A DNA stretch of 49,415 nucleotides from NCBI GenBank assembly GCA_018714855.1, contig DVMT01000027.1, forward strand, positions 1 to 49,415. The letters are read 5' to 3'. Below, piece after piece: positions 10,565-19,700 of the stretch. The position numbers were made by a program, and so were the translations under genes. Position 1 is the first letter of the stretch. Each line of letters starts with the position of its first letter. This DNA comes from Candidatus Aphodocola excrementigallinarum. GTDB taxonomy: Bacteria; Bacillota_I; Bacilli_A; RF39; UBA660. Below the pieces are notes generated by a model. The model did not search any database. It was not told where the DNA came from and was given only the letters and a program-made list of their open reading frames with translations.

Positions 10565-10855
10565 TTATTTTTGTATTACTATAATATTGTTATTATTATA
10601 CTCCAATCCGCTTTGTGCTGCAACTAGTTGCATGTTTTCTAGCGAAATAAGTTCATTTACCTTCATTGTTAAACTTTCGTTTATGTTTTCTTGTTTTGTT
10701 ACTTTACCTTTTAGTTTTTCTACTTCTATATTAACAGATGATAATTGTGCTTTAAAAAAGAAGACACTTATGAATACACAAAAAATAGTTGTAAATGTAA
10801 GGGTTATCATCATTTTTTCAAATTTTGTTTTCCTTCTTCTTTTACTAGCCATCAT
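10565..10855 (-). CDS. ftsL: Cell division protein FtsL
   Basis: Basic N-terminus, one TM helix, coiled coil; located between rsmH and the PBP gene. Confidence 0.8.
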   Translation of the reverse strand: MMASKRRRKTKFEKMMITLTFTTIFCVFISVFFFKAQLSSVNIEVEKLKGKVTKQENINESLTMKVNELISLENMQLVAAQSGLEYNNNNIIVIQK

Positions 10856-10869
10856 TATCCCTCTTTCTT

Positions 10870-11787
10870 TTATCTTTGTTTTATCGCAACTCTTAACGTC
10901 GCACTTCTTGACCTTCTGTTTTTTTCTATTTCTTCTTTAGAAGGTTTTATTTTCTTTAATACTCTTAACTCTGGTAATAAATTATCAGGCACATCTGGAA
11001 GGCCTTTTAGTAACGGATCTTCTTTTGACCTTTCTTTAAATACCGTTTTACATATTTTATCTTCTAATGAATGAAAGGTAATTACCGCAATAACACCACC
11101 GATGTTTAACATGTCAATTGCATCGTTTAGTGCGCCAGGCAATATACCAAGTTCATTATTAACTTCTATTCTAATTGCTTGAAACGTTCTTCTTGCTGGA
11201 TTAGTAAGTCTTTTGTATTTAGCTGGAACACAACTTGAAATAACGTTTGTGAGTTCAAGCGTTGTTTTAATAGGCTTTTTTTGCCTTTCTTCCACTATTT
11301 TTCTTGCGATCTTTCTATAATACTTTTCTTCTCCATAACATTTAATTATTCTTGCTAACTCATCAATAGAATAATTATTTACAACGTCATAAGCACTTTT
11401 TTTAGCACTTTTGTCCATTCGCATGTCGAGCGGTGCATCAGCGTGAAAACTAAACCCCCGGGAAACATCGTCTAACTGTGGTGAAGAAACTCCTAAATCA
11501 AACAAAACGCCATCTATTTTAGTTACGCCTCTTTTTGATAACTCTTCTTTTATATTAGAAAAGTTACTAGGAATTATTTCATAGTTAGTACTTATTTTAC
11601 TTAAAACGTTTTCACTATAGCTTCTTGCATCATTATCCTGATCAAAAGCATATAATTTCCCTTTTTTTAGTCTTTTTAAGATTGCACTTGAATGACCTGC
11701 ATATCCTAAAGTACAGTCTACGTATACGCCATCTTCCTTAATGTTTAAAGCATCTATTGAAGGCTTTAACAAAACACTTACATGCAT
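10870..11787 (-). CDS. rsmH: 16S rRNA m4C1402 methyltransferase RsmH (MraW)
   Basis: HVSVLL, DCTLGYAGHS, DLGVSSPQLD, LDMRMD, FQAIRIEVN, FHSLED, RSRSA motifs. Confidence 0.98.
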   Translation of the reverse strand: MHVSVLLKPSIDALNIKEDGVYVDCTLGYAGHSSAILKRLKKGKLYAFDQDNDARSYSENVLSKISTNYEIIPSNFSNIKEELSKRGVTKIDGVLFDLGVSSPQLDDVSRGFSFHADAPLDMRMDKSAKKSAYDVVNNYSIDELARIIKCYGEEKYYRKIARKIVEERQKKPIKTTLELTNVISSCVPAKYKRLTNPARRTFQAIRIEVNNELGILPGALNDAIDMLNIGGVIAVITFHSLEDKICKTVFKERSKEDPLLKGLPDVPDNLLPELRVLKKIKPSKEEIEKNRRSRSATLRVAIKQR

Positions 11788-11790
11788 ATT

Positions 11791-12225
11791 TTAAACCTCC
11801 ATACCATCAAACAAATCTTCTGCTAAATCAGATATATTTTCTTCATTTGCTTTAAAATAATCATTAAACGAATCAGCTGACCATACCTCTAGCCTGTCAT
11901 TTACACCAATTACCACACACTCTTTTTTTAAGCTTGCGTAGGATAAAAGTGGTGCGGGAATAGCAATTCTGCCTTGCTTATCAAAACTAACTTCTTGAGC
12001 TCCAGATAAGAAAAATCTAAGAAAAGTTCTTGCGTCTTTTTTAGTAAACGGAAGTTTATTTAACTTATCTACGATTTTTTGCCACTGGTCTTTTGAATAA
12101 ATAAACAAGCAGCCTTCTAGCCCACGGGTTATAACAAAAGTATCACCTAATTCATATCTAAACTTAGATGGCAAAACAAGTCTTGCCTTTTCATCTATGT
12201 TGTGATGATATTCTCCCATGAACAT
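11791..12225 (-). CDS. mraZ: Transcriptional regulator MraZ
   Basis: MFMGEYHHNIDEKARL and DKQGRI motifs; start set to ATG 12225. Confidence 0.97.
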   Translation of the reverse strand: MFMGEYHHNIDEKARLVLPSKFRYELGDTFVITRGLEGCLFIYSKDQWQKIVDKLNKLPFTKKDARTFLRFFLSGAQEVSFDKQGRIAIPAPLLSYASLKKECVVIGVNDRLEVWSADSFNDYFKANEENISDLAEDLFDGMEV

Positions 12226-12234
12226 ATTTATCCC

Positions 12235-12279
12235 CCACAATCTACCACTTTATTACACTGGCTACCACAATGATACCAC
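12235..12279 (-). promoter_or_regulatory. MraZ binding boxes (GTGG/GTGT repeats, ~10-bp period)
   Basis: ccac/acac at 12235, 12245, 12255, 12265, 12276 directly upstream of mraZ, matching the known MraZ autoregulatory repeat pattern. Confidence 0.85.
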
Positions 12280-12328
12280 ATTTTAGCTAGTAATGTCCAT
12301 ATAAATAAAATAAAAAATATTACATTTT

Positions 12329-12350
12329 TTCTACTTTACGTAAAGTAGAA
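12329..12350. promoter_or_regulatory. Perfect 22-bp palindrome TTCTACTTTACGTAAAGTAGAA in the divergent mraZ/yidD intergenic region
   Basis: The sequence equals its own reverse complement; function unknown. Confidence 0.55.
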
Positions 12351-12409
12351 GATTAACTTTTTAGATCATTACACTATCATTTTTTTAAAAATAATGATAG
12401 AATAGTTAC

Positions 12410-12637
12410 ATGGTAAAAAAAATATTGATTGGATTAATAAAAATTTATCAAAAGATACCAGGTGCATGGCACAGTTACTGCAGGCACATACCAACGTGTT
12501 CTAATTACATGATAGAAGCAGTACAAACGCATGGAACGATAAAAGGCGTTTATTTAGGCATTAAAAGGATCCTTAAATGTAATCCCTGGGGAACTTTTGG
12601 ATACGATCCAGTACCAAAAAAGGAGAATAAAAGATGA
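12410..12637 (+). CDS. yidD: Membrane protein insertion efficiency factor YidD
   Basis: CRHIPTCSNY, RILKCNPWG, GYDPVP motifs. Confidence 0.95.
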   Translation: MVKKILIGLIKIYQKIPGAWHSYCRHIPTCSNYMIEAVQTHGTIKGVYLGIKRILKCNPWGTFGYDPVPKKENKR

Positions 12638-13512
12638 AAAATAAATTATTACTTATAATAGCAGCTATTTTTATTATGGTAACCTTAAGTGGTTGTTCAA
12701 ATAATAAAGACGAAAATAAAGAAATGACAGCTTATACTAGTGTATATCCGGTTGAATATATTTTAGATAATTTATATGGTGATGAAATTGAAATTTATAG
12801 CATCTATCCAGATGGAACTAATTATAAAAATTATGAATTAACAAATAAGCAAATACAAGATTATAGTAATGCAGAATTATTTGTATACAACGGTACGATT
12901 CAAAAAGAAAAAGATTATGCCGTTGAATTATTAAATGAAAATAAGAATTTAAAAATAATTGATGCATCTCAAGGTATGAATTATACAAATGATGTATCTG
13001 AAAACTGGCTTAATCCATCGAATTATTTAATGATGGCATCTAATATTAAAAATGGTCTTGAAGAATACATAAACGAACGAATTGAAATTGATAAAATTAA
13101 TGAAAATTATGAAAATTTAAAATTTGAACTTACCGAACTTGACGCCGAGTTAAGTGAAGCTGCCTCATCAAGTGATAACCCTACTATAATAGTAAGTGAT
13201 GACACTTTTAAGTATCTTGAAAAATACGGCTTTACCGTTATTTCTTTGGAAGAAAATAATAATTTAACTGAAAAAGTTCTTACGGAAGCTAGAAGATTAA
13301 TTTCTAATGGTACTTGTGATTATATATTTTTAAAAGATGATGAAGAAGAAAACGAAACAATTAAAAAACTTAAAAATTCATACAGTAACATACAAACGGT
13401 TAGTTTAAATACCATATCAACTTTAAGTGCAACACAAAGAAAAGATAAAATAGATTATATGTCTATTATGCAAGATAACATAAACTCAATAAAACTAGAA
13501 GTAAATGATTAA
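12634..13512 (+). CDS. ZnuA/AdcA-fold solute-binding lipoprotein lacking His ligands
   Basis: Lipobox LSGC; TSVYPV, LFVYNG, IIDAS, WLNP, FKYL and Y.SIM..N motifs of metal-binding SBPs; ATGA overlap with yidD. Confidence 0.8.
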   Translation: MKNKLLLIIAAIFIMVTLSGCSNNKDENKEMTAYTSVYPVEYILDNLYGDEIEIYSIYPDGTNYKNYELTNKQIQDYSNAELFVYNGTIQKEKDYAVELLNENKNLKIIDASQGMNYTNDVSENWLNPSNYLMMASNIKNGLEEYINERIEIDKINENYENLKFELTELDAELSEAASSSDNPTIIVSDDTFKYLEKYGFTVISLEENNNLTEKVLTEARRLISNGTCDYIFLKDDEEENETIKKLKNSYSNIQTVSLNTISTLSATQRKDKIDYMSIMQDNINSIKLEVND

Positions 13513-13538
13513 AGGATGCATAAGTGCATCCTTTTTTT
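13511..13538. terminator. Bidirectional terminator between convergent genes
   Basis: AAAGGATGCA-TAAG-TGCATCCTTT plus T tract. Confidence 0.8.
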
Positions 13539-14478
13539 ATGTTAAAAAATTAGTTATCAAATTTATTAAAATATTCTTTTCATTGGGCTCAGATTCCGCG
13601 ATTAAAATAGTCAAAGCAGCTAATGTGTTGTTATCAATTATTTTTTTATTATTTTTATATAAAATGTCGTAAAACTGAAGAAAATATATAAATAATGTTG
13701 CTGCTATTCTTTTATTACCATCTATAAAAACATGATCTTTAACTATTAAATAAAGAAAATTAGCGGCTTTTTCTTCTAAACTATAATAAACTTCTTTACC
13801 ATCATAAGTCTGATATAACGTGTTTATTATACTTTTTAAGCCTTGACTTCTTTCCAAGGCAAATACATCACTTTCCTCATTAAATCTTAATGTATTTATT
13901 AAGTTTTTACAATCTTCATAAGTTATTACTTTATCACTTATGCTTTCTTTTTTTAATTTCACGTTCTTGTGATCATAATCATCTAATAAATTAAGTGCCT
14001 TAGAATAATCACCAATAACTTTTAATATGTGTTTTGCATCATCACTTTCTAATCTTTCATCTGCCCTATTAGCAATTTCAATTAGCTTAATGGTTTTTTC
14101 TAAATATTCTAATCTTTTATTATTAATTGCATAACCTTTTAATAAATAATCTTTAAGTACTTTGTTAGCCCAGCGTCTAAATGCTATACCACGTTTTGAT
14201 TTAACGCGATAACCAACACTTATTATCATATCAAGATTATAGTAATCTATGTTACGTGATACATCACGATTACCCTCTTTTTGAACTGTTGCAAATTTTG
14301 CAACAGCTGAATAATCCAACTCTTCTTTAAAAGCATTTTTTATATGGCGTGATATTACAGATTTATCTCTATTAAATAATTTTGCCATTTGATCAAGTGA
14401 TAACCAAACAGTATCATCTTTTAAATTCACTTCTAACTTTACATCTTCATCTTCAAATAAAATTATTTCGTTTTTCAA
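13537..14478 (-). CDS. RhuM/Fic-DOC family protein
   Basis: RhuM motifs (TVWLS, YNLDMIISVGYRVKS, FRRWA) plus Fic motif HVFIDGNKR; TTG start. Confidence 0.92.
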   Translation of the reverse strand: MKNEIILFEDEDVKLEVNLKDDTVWLSLDQMAKLFNRDKSVISRHIKNAFKEELDYSAVAKFATVQKEGNRDVSRNIDYYNLDMIISVGYRVKSKRGIAFRRWANKVLKDYLLKGYAINNKRLEYLEKTIKLIEIANRADERLESDDAKHILKVIGDYSKALNLLDDYDHKNVKLKKESISDKVITYEDCKNLINTLRFNEESDVFALERSQGLKSIINTLYQTYDGKEVYYSLEEKAANFLYLIVKDHVFIDGNKRIAATLFIYFLQFYDILYKNNKKIIDNNTLAALTILIAESEPNEKNILINLITNFLT

Positions 14479-14507
14479 ATTTATTCTCCTTTCCTATCTT
14501 TATTTTT
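14457..14507 (-). repeat. 51-bp direct repeat copy A (RBS + TTG start + first 7 codons of RhuM/Fic gene)
   Basis: 46/51 identical to 15410..15460 by manual alignment. Confidence 0.9.
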
Positions 14508-14516
14508 AAATATAAA

Positions 14517-15431
14517 TTATATAATCTTACTTATCTTATTCATTAATAAACCACAAACCTCATTATCTTGCATTAAAGTTATAGAAAAAGTTTTATAACC
14601 TATTCTATTTATGCTAGCACCACAATGATAGATTTTCTTATTATCTAATATGAAATATCTATCATGAAAAGTATTATCATAATAAACTTTTAAATTATGA
14701 TACTGATTATTATACCTTTCTATATCTTGCTTAGTTAAAAAGTTATTTGGTTTAGTTATAATTATTACATCTACTGTTAATTTTTTAATAATATCTAATA
14801 TCGTGTTATCTGCATAAGCATCAACTATTATTATCGTTTTAGTAGCCATTTTAAATATTTCTAATATTTTGTTATAAGCATCAAATATTTGTCCGTTAAA
14901 ATATATTTCGTTAACTTTTCTTTTTTCTTCTATCTTTTTAAATGAATCTTCTAAAGTTTTAATTTTAACATGATCTTCTAAAACTAAGTCATTTATATAT
15001 TTTTGTTCAATTAAATTACTTGAAATATATTTTCTTAATTCTACGAAAGCATCCATTATTCTTATACTAACTTCTTCTGCTACTTTTGTTCTAAGAACTG
15101 TTGCAAGCATTGCGACGCCCTGCTCAGTAAATGCATAAGGTAAAAATTTAGAATATTTACCTTGCTTTAATTCTAAGGTTTCAGATTGAAACCTTAGAAT
15201 TTGATAATACTCTTCTTTTGTTAATCTAAACATAAACCTTTCAGGAAACCTGTTTATATGTCTTTTAACTGCTAAATTAATTGTCTTTGTTCCATTAGCA
15301 CATTCATAAAGTCTTGCTAAATCACTATCTAACATGACTTGTTTTCCTCTTACTTCGTATATTAAATTTTCAACTACTTCCTCATTTTTATTTACATCTT
15401 TGCATTTTGATAAAATTATTTCGTTTTTCAA
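14517..15431 (-). CDS. ORF6N domain DNA-binding protein with C-terminal PLD-like (HDR) domain
   Basis: IYEVRGKQVMLDSDLA, RFPERFMF, PYAFTEQGVAML; C-terminal IVDAY...FHDRYFILD...CGAS; TTG start. Confidence 0.88.
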   Translation of the reverse strand: MKNEIILSKCKDVNKNEEVVENLIYEVRGKQVMLDSDLARLYECANGTKTINLAVKRHINRFPERFMFRLTKEEYYQILRFQSETLELKQGKYSKFLPYAFTEQGVAMLATVLRTKVAEEVSIRIMDAFVELRKYISSNLIEQKYINDLVLEDHVKIKTLEDSFKKIEEKRKVNEIYFNGQIFDAYNKILEIFKMATKTIIIVDAYADNTILDIIKKLTVDVIIITKPNNFLTKQDIERYNNQYHNLKVYYDNTFHDRYFILDNKKIYHCGASINRIGYKTFSITLMQDNEVCGLLMNKISKII

Positions 15432-15460
15432 GTTTGCTATCCTTTCCTATTTTTATTTTT
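15410..15460 (-). repeat. 51-bp direct repeat copy B (RBS + TTG start + first 7 codons of ORF6N gene)
   Basis: 46/51 identical to 14457..14507. Confidence 0.9.
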
Positions 15461-15689
15461 TAATGCAAATTAAGGCGTGATGTTTTGTTACCTTAAGTAA
15501 ATTAACCTCCTTTTTTAAACATTTCGTCATTACTTAAATTAAACTACCTTACCTTTTTCTCTTCGTACAAGCGAAGTTTGACCGATATATAACAGTTAAT
15601 ATTATATCAAACATTTGTTCTTTATCCAACGAAAAAACGGCAATTATGATTTTTATATGAGTTTTACATTAGCTTTATATAAAAAAACA

Positions 15690-16217
15690 CTAGCTTTTGC
15701 TAGCATCTTTTCCAGTAATTATATAATCTTCTCCTTTAAAAGGTTCCTTTGTTAATAAGTCATTATAATTTTGCTGTCTTAATACCTCATATACCATAAT
15801 CGCCGCACAATTAGATAAATTAAGTGCCCTTACTTTATTAGTCATTGGTATTCTAAGACAGTGATCTAAATCATCTTTTAATATTTCAAGTGGAATACCA
15901 GTTGATTCCTTTCCAAACACTAAATAAATATTTTCATTTTTATTACTATAATCAAACGACGTATGAGATTTCTTTCCATACCTAGTTAAATAATAAAACT
16001 TTCCTTTATTCTTACTTTTAAAATCTTCCCAATTTTCATACAAAGTATAATCACATTCGTTAATATAATTAGCACCACTTCTTTTTATATAACTTTCATC
16101 TAATGAAAATCCAAGTGGTTTAATTAAATGTAGCTTAGTATTAGTAGCAGCACAAGTACGCATTATATTACCAGTATTGCCTGGTATTTCTGGTTCATAT
16201 AAAACTACGTTAATCAC
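15690..16217 (-). CDS. trmL: tRNA (cytidine/uridine-34-2'-O)-methyltransferase TrmL
   Basis: LYEPEIPGNTGNI, FGKESTG, RIPM...RALNLSN SPOUT motifs. Confidence 0.95.
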   Translation of the reverse strand: MINVVLYEPEIPGNTGNIMRTCAATNTKLHLIKPLGFSLDESYIKRSGANYINECDYTLYENWEDFKSKNKGKFYYLTRYGKKSHTSFDYSNKNENIYLVFGKESTGIPLEILKDDLDHCLRIPMTNKVRALNLSNCAAIMVYEVLRQQNYNDLLTKEPFKGEDYIITGKDASKS

Positions 16218-16668
16218 CTATTACACTTCTTTCTTTAAATATCTCTTCAACTTCACTACTTTTATTTAAAGCACTTACATCGATTACGTCTTTTACTTCT
16301 GCATTTTCATAAAAAATAAGCTCCGGAGCATTTTGATAAAAAGGATCCGCAATTGTAGTTTCGTTTATGTTTATGTATATAATATCATTTTCTAAATTAT
16401 ACTCTTTTATAACTGGTATAAATATCTTTTCAAAATCAATTGTTTTTTCTTCACTACTATTTGATACATATATAATTGCACTAGGTTGTTCTATAACATG
16501 ATTTTCTATCTCATCATAGTTTATCTCCGTTAAATAATTACTAATATCAGATGTAGCAAGCGAATTATTTTCTTTGTTTTCATGTAATTTAAGTGCTATT
16601 ATAAGTACCGACAAAGTAACTACACATATTACCACTAGTAAAATAACTCTTTTAGTTTGTTCTTTCAT
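16210..16668 (-). CDS. Membrane-anchored thioredoxin-like protein without CxxC (hypothetical)
   Basis: N-terminal TM helix; IIYV...IIYIN...APELIFYENAEVKD resembles a thioredoxin fold; overlaps trmL start. Confidence 0.55.
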   Translation of the reverse strand: MKEQTKRVILLVVICVVTLSVLIIALKLHENKENNSLATSDISNYLTEINYDEIENHVIEQPSAIIYVSNSSEEKTIDFEKIFIPVIKEYNLENDIIYININETTIADPFYQNAPELIFYENAEVKDVIDVSALNKSSEVEEIFKERSVIGD

Positions 16669-16723
16669 AAATATTCTCCTTTATCATATTTATATTTTAA
16701 CACAATTATAAAAATGAATAAAG

Positions 16724-16753
16724 AAAAAACAAAAGAATTATAATCTTTTGTTT
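16724..16753 (-). terminator. Intrinsic terminator ending the T7SS operon
   Basis: AAACAAAAGA-loop-TCTTTTGTTT followed by T tract on the minus strand. Confidence 0.7.
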
Positions 16754-19700
16754 AATCTATATCAAGGATGTCTTCTTCTTCATCTTTATTAATTGAAAAA
16801 TCGCTTATGTATTTTACAAGTACTGGTTTTCCACGGTTTATTACAAATAAGAAATCATCATCGATAGATTCTTTAATTTCAGGAGTTCTAACGGATATTT
16901 TCAAGGTGAATTGATCATTTATACCATCACCAATAAAGATTCCATCATTTGGATTAACACCATCTTTAAACCAAGATTCATACTCATATTTTTTAATCTT
17001 ATCTATACTATCTACCAAGATAAAATTAATAATTCCAAGATCTTTTGCCTTTGTAAAGAAATCATTAGCTTTTGCTTTATTATCACTTGATAATTTTGAA
17101 ATAAAGTCTTCTATACCATTAATTACTAATAAAATTGGTTTTTGATTTCTTAAAACAGATATATTATAACCATTTTGAACATATAAATTATAACAATCAA
17201 CTTGGTATTTTAATAATTTTTCAAATATTTGATTATAGTCATTTTTTTCAACCGCTAAATTTGACATTGTATTATCATTTATCTCAACCGCTTCAGAATC
17301 TATTAACATAGTTTGATAAGCAGTGTTTAATTTTAATTCATTTAATAAAGCATTAACAAAATTTGTCATTACAAAACAATCATTAGCAGTTACAATATTT
17401 ATTAAATTCTTTTTAAAGTTGTATGTAGAAACATTAAGATCCTTCTTTTCAATACCTATTATTACATCAAAACTATTTTGATCGTAACTTTCTTCTACTG
17501 ATTCATAAGTTACTTTTAAAGGAAGTACCGGTACGTGTTTAGCCTTTATATTATATTTAGAATTAGTTTCAGATATTTTAGCTTCAATCGTCTCATTTAT
17601 TTTTTCGTTTGTATCCACTGATGCTGTTTGAAATTCATAAACCGCATCTTGCTTTATTATACCTCTTCCAAATATCTTAGATGGATAGTTTTTACCTACG
17701 TTACCTAATATAGTTGAGTAATCATCATCATTGTTTTGTTGCAATGAATAAATAAGTGAGAAATTCTGTTTTAATTTAAATCTTAATCCGTTAGGTGTAT
17801 TACAAGTAATAAAGAAATATATTCCATACTTAGTACACTCTCTTGTTATAACGTTTAATGTATCTTCATATTTTTCATAAGTATCTTGATATGCTTCATA
17901 GTTATTAATTATAACAACTATACTAGGTTCTTTTTTACCACTTTTCAAATTATAATTGAAGAAATTACCACCGTAACTACTAAATAAAGATTTTCTTTTT
18001 TCCATTAAACTATTTATCATTTTATATAAATTACCTATTTTTTCTTCTTCATCAATTTGAATTACATCACCAACGTAATTAGATGTATCATATATTTTAA
18101 GTACTTCTGCACCAAAGTCTAATATATAAAAGTTTATTTCTTCCGTGCTATATAAACACATTGATGAATAAATCATGGTCATTATAAAATTTTCTTTACC
18201 AGAACCGGTAGCACCATACAAAAGCGTATTACCACGCGCGCTTATTGGTACTGTTAAAATATTTTGTTTTTGTTCTTGAGGAACATCATATTCACCTACC
18301 GGAATATCAATAATATTGGCCTTAGGTTTAAAGTTATACTTAGATATTAAATTAACGATGTTAATAAAACTAGGTATTTTATCAAGCCATAATGGTTTGC
18401 ATTTAATCTTTTGTTCTTTAGCTATATCCGCCAAATAATTAACAACGTTTGATAATTCCTCTCCGTATTTTTTCTCATCTTTATTTACTTTCTTTTCTCT
18501 TGTTGCAACGTTTTTAATAACTTGTCCAACATTATTAATAAAATTAATCGCGGTATCTATAGGTTTTTTAGTCTTTTCTTTTGGAACATATTTTCCTCCT
18601 GCCCAAGCAGCTTGTCCTAAAGTAAACACTTCATTATAACCAACCTGAAAGTAAAACCTACCAGTTTGTTTTAAATAAGCAGCATCAGGACATTTAATAA
18701 CCTCGTTTGAATCACTTTTATCTTGAACTCTTAGACATACCCTAAACCTTGTGTTTGACCAAATCTGAGGATCAACAACACCACTTGGTTTTTGAGTTGC
18801 AAGTATTAAGTGAACACCAAGTGAACGACCTATACGAGCGGTAGAAATAAGTTGTTCCATAAATTCTGGTTGCTGTGTTTTAAGTTCAGCAAACTCATCA
18901 CTTATAATAAACAAATGTGATACCGGTTCATCTACTTTCTTTTCTCTATATAACCTTTGATATTTATATATATCAACCGTTGATTCACCAGTTTTATCCC
19001 TTGCGATGTTAAATAATCTTTGTCTTCTTTTTAATTCACTTTCAATAGAAGATAAACTTCTTTTTATCTCACTTGCATCAAGGTTCGTTATCGTACCTAC
19101 TAAGTGAGGTAATTTTTTACCAGAATTAGCATTTTCAAAAGCACCAGCAAGTCCTCCACCTTTGTAGTCAATTAATATAAATTGTACTTCATACGGATTA
19201 TAGTTAACCGCTAAAGACAAAATATAAGTAATGATAAATTCTGATTTACCAGAACCTGTCATACCTGCGACAAGCCCATGCGGACCATGTGCTTTTTCAT
19301 GTAAATCAATGTACTGAATTTCATTATTCTTTCCATAACCAACCGGAGTTGAAAGCGACTCCATAGGATTGCTTTTTTGCCATCTGTTAAGTGAGTTTAA
19401 CTGCTGTACTTTACCTACGTCATACATCTCTAAAAAGCCTACTTTATCTGGTATTTTAGCAACTGAGTTATTAGCGGTTTCAATAGGAATATTAGATAAT
19501 ACTTTGTAGCATTCATTATAATTAATGCCACTTATTAAGTCTATTATAAACTTTTGGTTTTCCTCATTTATAACGTTCTTAGAAAGCTCACCTGATGCAG
19601 CATCAACGGTTATAAAACTCTTACATTGTTCTGGAAGCGTTGATATGTTTCCATTTGAAATTAACAAACTAAAACCATAATTTACTTTTGACTCAAGTAA

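Noticed and set aside
16210-16668. Membrane protein after essC as EssA equivalent or immunity protein
   Set aside because: Separated from essC by a terminator and coupled to trmL instead.
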